38,161 nucleotides of DNA, taken from contig JAFPDA010000008.1 of assembly GCA_017425575.1 (NCBI GenBank), forward strand, positions 1-38,161, given 5' to 3'. The notes below the pieces were generated by a model that had not been told where the DNA came from, searched no databases, and saw nothing but the letters and a program-made list of their open reading frames with translations. Positions within the stretch are counted from its first letter, which is position 1; each line of letters begins with the position of its first letter. Positions 19,271 through 27,673 of this stretch are shown in pieces. Made by a program: the position numbers and the translations under genes. This DNA comes from Lachnospiraceae bacterium (lineage in GTDB: Bacteria; Bacillota; Clostridia; Lachnospirales; Lachnospiraceae).

Positions 19271-20614
19271 TTATTCAGCTACTGCTGCTTTTTCTGTAGC
19301 CCACTGCTCATTTACATATGAAACAACATCTTCCCATGTCTTTGTTCCCTGAGCATACTCAAGTAATGCAGCACCAAAGTTATCTTTGAATGTCTGGCTT
19401 GGGAATGTTGTGAATACCCAAGGAATAGAAGTTTTTCCACTTTCCATTGAACCAAGCATATCCTGAGCTAAAGGATCAGAAGGCTTCTCAGAATCACTGA
19501 ATGTTGTGAATGGTGCATTGTTTCCAAGTTTATTTGTCATATAATCTTTACCTGTCTCAGATGAGATAAGCCAGTTTACAAAATCAACAGATGCCTTCTG
19601 TGAAGCTTCTGATGCTTTGCTGTTGATTGCGAAATAGTTCTCTGTACCAATGCAGAGTCCCTGATTTGCCTCATCATCCAAACCACAGTAGATAGGCATA
19701 AATTTGATATTTTCTTCTTTAACTACATTTCCCTGTGTCTCTGAAATCTGTCCCCATGCCCAGTTACCATTCTGAACCATTGCAACTTTACCAAGTGCAA
19801 ACTCTGCCATAGAGTCATTTACACCCTTACTTCCAAGCATTGTTGGCTCTGTGCATGAATTCTCAATATAAAGATCAAATATATTTTTATATTTGTCATT
19901 GTATGTAAACTCAATAGTATCAAGGTCATCTACATCCTTAGCATTGTACTCTGCATATATTGGAAGATCTGCAAGATGTGTCTGCCATCTCCAGTCCTCA
20001 CCAGGAAGAAGTGATGTTGAAGCAAATACACCTTCAATACCAAGCTCGTCCTTTTTGCTCTGCATATCTTCTACAACTTCTTTTAATTTATCAAAGCTGT
20101 TGATTTCATCTGTTGTTGCTGCCTTTGCACCTGATGTTGCAAAATATTTCTGCATTATCTCATCATTGTAGATAATACCATATCCCTCAATAGTATAAGG
20201 AACACCATATACTCCACCATCCTCACCTTTGATAGCGAGTGACTGGTCAGAAAGTGATTTGTAAAAATCTGTATCACTAAGATCTGCACAGTAATCTTTC
20301 CATGACTGATATCCGATTGGTCCGTTTATCTGGAATAATGTTGGAGCATCTGTCTTTGCTATCTCTGACTTAAGTGTTGACTCATAGTTACCACTTGCTG
20401 CAGTTACAACTTTTACGTCTACACCTGTCTCCTCTGTATATTTTTTAGCTACCTCTTCCCAAACCTCTGCTACTTCCGGTTTGAAGTTAAGATAATATAC
20501 TGAACCTTTGCTGTCATCCTTTTTGGCTTCCTCGCTTCCACCGCCACATCCTGTGAGGGCTCCTGCTACCATTGCTGTACTAAGTGCTACTGCTAACAAT
20601 TTGTTACGCTTCAT
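19271..20614 (-). CDS. Carbohydrate ABC transporter solute-binding lipoprotein (probably maltodextrin)
   Basis: Signal peptide with LTGC lipobox; SBP family 1 motifs (YGVPYTIEGYGIIYN, AMVQNGNW); co-transcribed with malQ. Confidence 0.92.
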   Translation of the reverse strand: MKRNKLLAVALSTAMVAGALTGCGGGSEEAKKDDSKGSVYYLNFKPEVAEVWEEVAKKYTEETGVDVKVVTAASGNYESTLKSEIAKTDAPTLFQINGPIGYQSWKDYCADLSDTDFYKSLSDQSLAIKGEDGGVYGVPYTIEGYGIIYNDEIMQKYFATSGAKAATTDEINSFDKLKEVVEDMQSKKDELGIEGVFASTSLLPGEDWRWQTHLADLPIYAEYNAKDVDDLDTIEFTYNDKYKNIFDLYIENSCTEPTMLGSKGVNDSMAEFALGKVAMVQNGNWAWGQISETQGNVVKEENIKFMPIYCGLDDEANQGLCIGTENYFAINSKASEASQKASVDFVNWLISSETGKDYMTNKLGNNAPFTTFSDSEKPSDPLAQDMLGSMESGKTSIPWVFTTFPSQTFKDNFGAALLEYAQGTKTWEDVVSYVNEQWATEKAAVAE

Positions 20615-20678
20615 TTCTTCTTCCTCCTTAAAATAAACAAATTACTCAAAACCTTTGTTCCTAATATCACACACCTTA

Positions 20679-20752
20679 TGGCAACGATAACGGTAACGAT
20701 TTCGGTAACGGTTTCTGTAGTAGACATTACCACATAATAAAAAAAAGAGCAA
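20679..20752 (-). promoter_or_regulatory. SigA promoter with three tandem LacI-type operator-like 12-mers
   Basis: TTGCTC-17-TAATGT with TG extension; downstream TGGCAACGATAA/CGGTAACGATTT/CGGTAACGGTTT at 20679-20714. Confidence 0.65.
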
Positions 20753-20836
20753 TACTGTTTTCACAATTTCACTCTTTTATACAACAAAACAACGTTTACT
20801 TTGTGCACTTTTCACAACACACAATTTTTCACCTGA

Positions 20837-21346
20837 TTAAATCCATCCAAACACACCACAGAGCCAGTATATAACTCCCAGTATCCAGCTGGAAAATATC
20901 CCATAGAGTATAACAGGACCTGCTATTGTAAATATCTTGCATCCAACTCCAAACACCTGCCCTTCTGCCTGATACTCAATAGCAGATGCCCCCACAGAAT
21001 TTGCAAAACCAGTTATCGGCACAATACTTCCTGCACCTGCGAACTGACCAAGCTTCTGATATATATTCAAGCCAGTAAGAAGTATGCTGATACCAATAAG
21101 TGTTATAGTGGTATAAAGTCCCGAAAGCTTCTCATCATTGCCCATATTTTTATAAATACTGTTTATTATCTCACCGATAAGACATATACCGCCACCAACA
21201 AAAAAAGCCTTCAGACAGTTAAGCCATTTATTTGTAACCGGTGTCATATTCTCCACATACTTATTATAAAGCTCCTTCTGCTTATTCTCATCTCTCTCAT
21301 TTAAAATCTCACCAATATTTGGATTATCACTATTTTTCTCATTCAT
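20837..21346 (-). CDS. spoVAC: Stage V sporulation protein AC
   Basis: CLKAFFVGGGICLIG, GAGSIVPITGFANS, IFTIAGPVILYG; ATG at 21346 with GAGGAG RBS. Confidence 0.9.
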   Translation of the reverse strand: MNEKNSDNPNIGEILNERDENKQKELYNKYVENMTPVTNKWLNCLKAFFVGGGICLIGEIINSIYKNMGNDEKLSGLYTTITLIGISILLTGLNIYQKLGQFAGAGSIVPITGFANSVGASAIEYQAEGQVFGVGCKIFTIAGPVILYGIFSSWILGVIYWLCGVFGWI

Positions 21347-21426
21347 AATACTACTTCTCCTCACTTCTTTTTTTACCGCAGCGAGAGCGTGCCTGTATTG
21401 TTTTTGTTAATCCTTCACACGCCTTT

Positions 21427-22776
21427 TCACTCTACTTTTCTTATCCACCTGCGCCCTCTTATCCTGCCTAAAGACCACACTGTTTTTATAACAACATCAA
21501 ATTTTATTATCAGATACACCCAGAACGGTGACATTTTAAGTACCATTCCACACACAAATCCAACGGGAACTGAAAATCCCCACAATGCAAACACATCCAA
21601 AAGCATCACTGCCTTAGTGTCTCCGGCTCCTCTTAACACTCCTTTTGTAAGTACAGATGACACCGACTGAAACACAACCAGAAACTCCATTGCTCTCATA
21701 AGACTATAAGCACATCTGACAGTTGCACTGTCGACATTGTACAAAGAGATTATATACGGATTGCAAAGCAAAATAGCAAGTGCTGCAAATACCCCTGTTG
21801 CAATCCCAGTATATACAAACCTTTTAGCATAACAGACAACTTTTTCACCGGCATTTTCTCCTATTGCATTGCCTGTCATTACACTTGCCGCACTTGCAAC
21901 TCCAAATATCATAAAAGTGCTTATCTGCATCATTACCATCGTTATCTCATTTGCAGAAAGTACAGTCTTACTCTCAGGCATGTGTCCCATTATTGACAGA
22001 GTGACATTATTTCCAAGCTGAAGCATTACATCACTTATAATCACAGGAAGTGCAAATTTCTTAAAACTTCCTCCTATTCCTTTGCAGGATTTGAATATAT
22101 CCTTTATCCTGTATCCAACCTTTTTTTCTACAAAAAGGATATAACCTGCAACAATTAGAAACTCTGCAATTCTTGATATTACGGTGGCTATAGCTGCCCC
22201 TTTTGCTCCAAGTGAGGGCATTCCAAATTTTCCAAATATCAGTATCCAGTTAAACAAAAGATTTAACACAAAAGATACAAATGAGGATATAAAAGAGATC
22301 CACAAAATTCCTGCTGCCCTATATGATATGGTAAGCACAAGACTTATCCCCTGAAAAACATAGGCAAATGCAAGAAAAGAAAGATATATTCTCCCTGCTT
22401 CAATAACCTCAGTATTGCTGATAAATAACGATAATATCTTATCTGGTATAAACCAGGAAATCACCGAAAAAACCAAAGCTGTAATGGCACATATCCATAT
22501 TGAAAAAGTTATCGTCTTCTTTGCCGCCTCTTTGTCTTTTCTGCCCCAGAACTGCCCTATAATAACAGCAGCTCCACCGCCGAGGCCAAGACAGAATATC
22601 TGAAATATCATATAAAACTGATTGCTTATGGAAACTCCCGATATAACTGTCTCCTTAAGTTTACCAACCATTATGCCGTCGCTTACATTTACACCTATAT
22701 TTATAATCTGCTGCATCACAATAGGTGCAGCTATCCGGGACAACTTTTTTACAAACTCAACACATGACTTATCCAC
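21427..22776 (-). CDS. MATE family transporter
   Basis: About 12 TM helices; IAAPIV...DGIMVGKL, NWILIFGKFGMPSLGAKGAAIAT, GVLRGAGDT; GTG start 1 nt after the spoVAB stop. Confidence 0.92.
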   Translation of the reverse strand: MDKSCVEFVKKLSRIAAPIVMQQIINIGVNVSDGIMVGKLKETVISGVSISNQFYMIFQIFCLGLGGGAAVIIGQFWGRKDKEAAKKTITFSIWICAITALVFSVISWFIPDKILSLFISNTEVIEAGRIYLSFLAFAYVFQGISLVLTISYRAAGILWISFISSFVSFVLNLLFNWILIFGKFGMPSLGAKGAAIATVISRIAEFLIVAGYILFVEKKVGYRIKDIFKSCKGIGGSFKKFALPVIISDVMLQLGNNVTLSIMGHMPESKTVLSANEITMVMMQISTFMIFGVASAASVMTGNAIGENAGEKVVCYAKRFVYTGIATGVFAALAILLCNPYIISLYNVDSATVRCAYSLMRAMEFLVVFQSVSSVLTKGVLRGAGDTKAVMLLDVFALWGFSVPVGFVCGMVLKMSPFWVYLIIKFDVVIKTVWSLGRIRGRRWIRKVE

Positions 22777-22777
22777 T

Positions 22778-23197
22778 TTAACCTCTTATAAAGAGCTGGT
22801 AAAATGCAGCCAGCCCCTTGCCTAATGCAATTGCTGCCACAACCGACTGCAGACCTGTCTTTAATTTCATACGGTCATACGCTATCGGGATAACCTTAAG
22901 ATTTTCCGCCAGTGACATTGCAAGGCTTCCTATAAATATCCCGGCAAATATACCAAATATACCCATTCCGATATTACCTATGGGAATATGCAATTTAAAT
23001 ACGGTCAGAAGACTTCCAATTGTACCACCCAAAGCAATAGTTGTTTCCATCTTGTATATATACTTTGAAAGTCCAAATCTGTCAGCAAATCTCGGAATTA
23101 TACCAAGTATCGTTATGAGTGCAAAGGTTCCGCCTGCAACAGCTACTCCGCCTGCAACGCCTATAATTATAAGAATTATTTTTTGTATTATCTCCAT
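22778..23197 (-). CDS. spoVAB: Stage V sporulation protein AB
   Basis: GVAVAGGTFALITILGIIPRF, GIFIGSLAMSLAE, ALGKGL; position in the operon. Confidence 0.88.
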   Translation of the reverse strand: MEIIQKIILIIIGVAGGVAVAGGTFALITILGIIPRFADRFGLSKYIYKMETTIALGGTIGSLLTVFKLHIPIGNIGMGIFGIFAGIFIGSLAMSLAENLKVIPIAYDRMKLKTGLQSVVAAIALGKGLAAFYQLFIRG

Positions 23198-23203
23198 ATC
23201 TTC

Positions 23204-23836
23204 TCACTGTCCACTCTTTATAATCTTACCCTGCCTTGAGGCATCCTCTATAATTGCTTTATTTTTCTCTTCCTCATAGGTTCTCATCTCCATGTGTACA
23301 GGGGTAGGATCTCCTTTTATCTTTGCAGGATTTAAATGATTATAAAATCCCAGTATACCAATAGGAACCCCTATGCTGTAAGCAATCTCAAGTATAGAAC
23401 CTGAATCCTTTTTTGTACCCATAACAACATAATAAAAATTATCAAATACATCTCCAACACTTACATCTGTATTGAAAGTCATTATAGTAAAAGCAGCGCC
23501 AAAAAATACAGTTAAAAGTACAAATGCCAGCTTTACAAATTCAAGTGTTTTATTATCAGACTTTATCATTTTAAACTCTACTATAAAATCCGTTTCTCCT
23601 ATATTCTGTATAATATAATCCTGATGTTCCTTCTGTATCATCTCAATTATTTTCATTACTGAAAATACTATTTTCTCATTCTTGTCACCCTTGACGGTAT
23701 AGATTACATTTTCTCCAAGCTTTTTTGCCAGGTTATTATCCGCCGAATATATCTCTGCAACATCACGGAGATATATCTTTTTATTTACCACCTCTGTACA
23801 CTGTTCAAATTTCAGATATACTACTCCAGATCTCAT
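23204..23836 (-). CDS. spoVAA: Stage V sporulation protein AA
   Basis: FFGAAFTIMTFNTDVS, YSIG, DPTPVHMEMRTYE. Confidence 0.9.
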   Translation of the reverse strand: MRSGVVYLKFEQCTEVVNKKIYLRDVAEIYSADNNLAKKLGENVIYTVKGDKNEKIVFSVMKIIEMIQKEHQDYIIQNIGETDFIVEFKMIKSDNKTLEFVKLAFVLLTVFFGAAFTIMTFNTDVSVGDVFDNFYYVVMGTKKDSGSILEIAYSIGVPIGILGFYNHLNPAKIKGDPTPVHMEMRTYEEEKNKAIIEDASRQGKIIKSGQ

Positions 23837-23863
23837 GCCTGTCCTCCATAATGGTTTTACACT

Positions 23864-24070
23864 CTATCTGTGCATATCGGTAAAACCCAGCTTTTCATTA
23901 TGCCAGCTAAATGCCACTACTTCCTCTTCCGGTTCAATATCATCAACCTGAACAATTCTTCCATTTACATACTGTGCCTGTGCATTTTTTATAAAACTAA
24001 AATAATAAACTGTCGAGATTAACATAACCCCAAGTACAATAGCAACAATCCATTTATAGTTTTTCTTCAT
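23864..24070 (-). CDS. Small single-TM hypothetical protein between sigF and spoVAA
   Basis: MKKNYKW plus a hydrophobic helix and acidic tail; GGAG RBS; fills the gap in the operon. Confidence 0.6.
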   Translation of the reverse strand: MKKNYKWIVAIVLGVMLISTVYYFSFIKNAQAQYVNGRIVQVDDIEPEEEVVAFSWHNEKLGFTDMHR

Positions 24071-24211
24071 TGCCATCTCCATTTCCAGATAACATCAACC
24101 ATGTCACGTTGATATATCTTTGTTCCTAGATTTTACAAGATATATGTTGCCCCATAATCAGTCGATTATTCATTAGTTTTATATAAGATTAGGACTTTTT
24201 ACACCCTAATC

Positions 24212-25000
24212 TTATATTTCAGCGCGCATTTTTTTTAAAATTCTTTTTTCAAGCCTGCTTACCTGTACCTGACTTATGCCCATTTTCTCTGCTATCTGCG
24301 TCTGAGTCATATCCTGATAATACCTGTAATTGATTAACTTCTTTTCCACATCACCTAATTTTTTAATTATGTCCTCAAGCAGTATATGATTAAAAAGTTT
24401 TTCTTTTTCCTCATCCACAGATATACTGTTTCCATTGAAAGCGTCACCGTTTCTGATATTGTTTGGTGCTGAATACGAAGCCACACCGTTACCATTTCTA
24501 ACAATCTGGTCTACCATATACACATCCTTGCCTTCTGAGCGATATACAGTTCTGAATATTGAATCCACCTCACTGTTTGCCTCTATTGCCATTATTATAT
24601 CTTCAGGCTTTAGTTCTGTATCCTCTGCTATCTCGTTTATTGTTGCACTTCTTCCATACTTCTGGCTAAGATACTCTGAGGATTTTTTCACTTTCCAGCC
24701 ATTTTCCTTAAGTGACCTGCTCACTTTTATCAGACCGTCATCTCTCATAAACCTTTTTATCTCTCCTGTAATCATTGGCACTGCATAAGTAGAGAATTTC
24801 ACATTGTACTGCATATCAAAATTGTCTATCGCCTTTATCAGACCAATACATCCTATCTGAAATATATCTTCCTGCTCATATCCTCTCCCAAGAAATCTCT
24901 TAACTATATTTCCAACAAGTCCCATATTTGCTTCAACAATCTGATTTCGTGCCTCTCTGTCACCTGCATGTGCCTTTTTTAACAGTTCGATATTATCCAT
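24212..25000 (-). CDS. sigF: Forespore RNA polymerase sigma factor F
   Basis: EDIFQIGCIGLIKAIDNFD, KFSTYAVPMITGEIKRFMRDDG, ISQVQVSRLEK; follows spoIIAB. Confidence 0.94.
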   Translation of the reverse strand: MDNIELLKKAHAGDREARNQIVEANMGLVGNIVKRFLGRGYEQEDIFQIGCIGLIKAIDNFDMQYNVKFSTYAVPMITGEIKRFMRDDGLIKVSRSLKENGWKVKKSSEYLSQKYGRSATINEIAEDTELKPEDIIMAIEANSEVDSIFRTVYRSEGKDVYMVDQIVRNGNGVASYSAPNNIRNGDAFNGNSISVDEEKEKLFNHILLEDIIKKLGDVEKKLINYRYYQDMTQTQIAEKMGISQVQVSRLEKRILKKMRAEI

Positions 25001-25013
25001 TCCGGCATACTCC

Positions 25014-25439
25014 TTAACACGCTATACTATTATTCTGGCCTATTACTTTCTTTAAAACTACTTTTGTCCCCTTTCCAGCCTCAGACTTGACACTCAGTCC
25101 ATCCATAAAAGCTTCCATAAAAGCAAATCCCATTCCTGAGCGCTCCCATTCAGGCTTCGTTGTATAAAGTGGTTCCATTGCTTTTTCAATATCAGGTATG
25201 CCAACTCCATAATCAATAATAGTTATTTCTATCTCTTTATTATGTATAATGCACTCCATCTCTATGTCTCCATCCCTACCGTCATATCCGTGTATTATAC
25301 AGTTTGTAACAGCTTCAGACACAGCAGTTTTGACATCCGCTATCTCCTCCATCGTCGGATTCAGTCTCATCATATAAGATGCAACAACAGTCCTTGCAAA
25401 TGCCTCATTTTCTGAACAACTTTCAAATATTATCTTCAT
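25014..25439 (-). CDS. spoIIAB: Anti-sigma F factor (Ser kinase)
   Basis: SENEAFAR, TAVSEAVTNCIIHGY, ERSGMGFAFMEAFMD. Confidence 0.95.
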   Translation of the reverse strand: MKIIFESCSENEAFARTVVASYMMRLNPTMEEIADVKTAVSEAVTNCIIHGYDGRDGDIEMECIIHNKEIEITIIDYGVGIPDIEKAMEPLYTTKPEWERSGMGFAFMEAFMDGLSVKSEAGKGTKVVLKKVIGQNNSIAC

Positions 25440-25792
25440 AATGCTCTTCTCCCCTCTAATACTTCTACCGCACAGGCTGGTGTATCATATTTTTCAATTA
25501 TCTTATAAAGACCTGACATTTTAAAAATCCTGTCAACCGATTTCCCGACATTTGTAACTGCTGCCCTTCCACCAATAAAAAGAACCTTTTTATATCTTCC
25601 CATGATAAGACCAATTCCTGAGCTGTCCATAAAATCAACATTTTCAAAATCAAAGACAATATTTTTTACATCACCTGCATCTATAAGTCTGTCCGATTTT
25701 TCCCTCAGGTATGTAACTTCATGATGGTCTAAGTCTTTTAGTATATATACAATCAGACATCTGTTACATATCTCATAATGAAAATTTTCCAT
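25436..25792 (-). CDS. spoIIAA: Anti-sigma F factor antagonist (STAS)
   Basis: DLDHH and FMDSSGIGLIMGRYK; start ATG at 25792 with GAGGGGG RBS. Confidence 0.95.
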   Translation of the reverse strand: MENFHYEICNRCLIVYILKDLDHHEVTYLREKSDRLIDAGDVKNIVFDFENVDFMDSSGIGLIMGRYKKVLFIGGRAAVTNVGKSVDRIFKMSGLYKIIEKYDTPACAVEVLEGRRAL

Positions 25793-25820
25793 AATATCCC
25801 CCTCTTTTTTCATAATTTTT

Positions 25821-25892
25821 GTAACTGTTGAGAACACCATAAAAACTGCTCCAGCAACGATTAGCCTGTTTACAGGCATTCTGAATAGTTAC
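25821..25892. repeat. 72-bp inverted-repeat-bounded element upstream of spoIIAA
   Basis: GTAACTGTTGAGAA ... TTCTGAATAGTTAC (12/14 complementary); internal GCCTGT/ACAGGC palindrome. Confidence 0.55.
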
Positions 25893-25912
25893 GCATTTTT
25901 AATATATAAAAG

Positions 25913-25954
25913 AAAAAAGTCCTGCCAGAATTTTTCTTAAATTCTGACAGGACT
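25913..25954 (-). terminator. Terminator after the TPR gene
   Basis: AGTCCTGCCAGAATTT/AAATTCTGACAGGACT stem with minus-strand U-tract. Confidence 0.75.
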
Positions 25955-25975
25955 CTGTCTTTATCTTAGTAAATC

Positions 25976-27421
25976 TTAATATCCAAGTTCTCTCAAACGG
26001 CTTGCAGCCTCAGCCACACGCGATGAGTCAGGATAATCATTTATAATCTTATCATAATATTCTTTTGCCTGGTCTGGTTTGGATAACTGCTGATAGCATC
26101 TTCCCAGGAAATACATGGCATCGGTATTATCACCATTATACTCCAACGCCTGTTCAAGCAGCTCGATCGCCTTATCGTAATCTCTTGCCCCGGCAAATTC
26201 ACCCTCTCCATTATAGGCATCTCTTCCACTCTCAAATGTTTTCTGGCTTGCCTGCTCAAAGGATGCCTCTGAAAGTTCCTGATAAACCTTCTTGGCAGTA
26301 TCACTCTGGAAGCCTTCCACATTTATCTTTGAAAGTATCTGTGCAGTCTTATCAAGATCCTGTGCAGTATATGCTCTGACAGCTTTCAAAAGACCATCAT
26401 ACATCTCTGCAAGAGTCTGTCCATTTGTATTATCTCCACCTCTTAACTCAAGAATCTCCTTCTCAAGTTCTTCTACTCTAGCCTGTAAAGTCTCATTCTG
26501 ATTTTTAAGAGCTGAATTATTGCTGTCTATACTTGCCTGATTCTCACTGTATTTCTTAAAGTCTTCATTCGCCTTACTGGCATCGCTTGCTCTCATATGA
26601 GGAACTATCAGAAAATACATAACCGCAATTCCTATTATCACACCTATCATTACATTGACAAATGGAAGAACAAACGGCTTTTCCTCCTTATAAGGAGTTA
26701 TAGTCTTATAAGCATCAACATCTGCTCTCGGAAGAGTTTTTCTCTCCCCCGGATTTCTATGTTCTTTTGGCTCACTGTTATTATCAGAGGCCTTTATATG
26801 CACATCTGACAACTCTTTCATATATCTGAGAGTTGTGGTATTTGTCACATCAATCTTTGCTATATTTTTAAGCAGCCTGAGTGCTTTTATCCTGTTCTCT
26901 TTCTTGCCAGACATCATATACAAAAGAGCCAGAAGCTGTGTGGCACGGATAAATTTAGGATTAGTATTTACAACCTTCTTAAGCTGTATAATCGCCATAT
27001 CCTCATCGCCATTCTGTGCTGCCATAAGAGCTGTATTGTATTTCTTTATAGTCTGGTTATAGGACTCAAGCTTGTTAGGATTAGCCTGCACTTTTCTTAT
27101 ATAGTACTCTGCCTCATTATCTTTTTCCTGAAAATGTTTACTAAGCACCCACTCACTGAGCGCAGAAACCACTTCACCTATCTCGCAGTATATAAGCCCC
27201 AGCAGATTTCTGGCATTTGTATTCATCTTATTAAACTGAAGACTCTGATTTAAAGATTCCATTGCACCAGACAAATCCCTTACTTTTGCCTGTTCTAATG
27301 CCTTGTTATAGTATGCATTTGACAAACTCACAACTCTGCGGTAATCCCTAAGATCCTGTCCACAGTTATCACATCTGTTTTTTGTAAAAGCTACCCTTGC
27401 ATTACATCTTGGACAGTTCAT
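25976..27421 (-). CDS. Membrane-anchored TPR protein (Zn-ribbon, TPR, TM, coiled-coil, TPR)
   Basis: CPRC...CDNC; TPR helices (NARNLLGLIY, AMYFLGRCY); TM FVNVMIGVIIGIAVMYFLIV; start ATG at 27421. Confidence 0.85.
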   Translation of the reverse strand: MNCPRCNARVAFTKNRCDNCGQDLRDYRRVVSLSNAYYNKALEQAKVRDLSGAMESLNQSLQFNKMNTNARNLLGLIYCEIGEVVSALSEWVLSKHFQEKDNEAEYYIRKVQANPNKLESYNQTIKKYNTALMAAQNGDEDMAIIQLKKVVNTNPKFIRATQLLALLYMMSGKKENRIKALRLLKNIAKIDVTNTTTLRYMKELSDVHIKASDNNSEPKEHRNPGERKTLPRADVDAYKTITPYKEEKPFVLPFVNVMIGVIIGIAVMYFLIVPHMRASDASKANEDFKKYSENQASIDSNNSALKNQNETLQARVEELEKEILELRGGDNTNGQTLAEMYDGLLKAVRAYTAQDLDKTAQILSKINVEGFQSDTAKKVYQELSEASFEQASQKTFESGRDAYNGEGEFAGARDYDKAIELLEQALEYNGDNTDAMYFLGRCYQQLSKPDQAKEYYDKIINDYPDSSRVAEAASRLRELGY

Positions 27422-27600
27422 CTCTCTTCCACCCATCCGGTATTGTTATTGTTTGGCTTACTGCCATTCCCCGCCTTTCCATTAAGTATCGACTGAATCA
27501 AATCTGTAACATCAGCCTTACTACTTCCATATATGGCATCCTCAGCCTGCTCGATATCAAGACTTGGCTGAAATTTAGCTAACTCGGCTTCAAAATCCAT
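27418..27600 (-). CDS. Small acidic hypothetical protein
   Basis: GGAGGT RBS; ATGA overlap with the TPR gene. Confidence 0.7.
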   Translation of the reverse strand: MDFEAELAKFQPSLDIEQAEDAIYGSSKADVTDLIQSILNGKAGNGSKPNNNNTGWVEER

Positions 27601-27673
27601 ATTACACTACCTCCAAAAAATCATCAATAAATATTCGTCGCAATTATCGACAGCCCCTCACTCATTATAAAAG

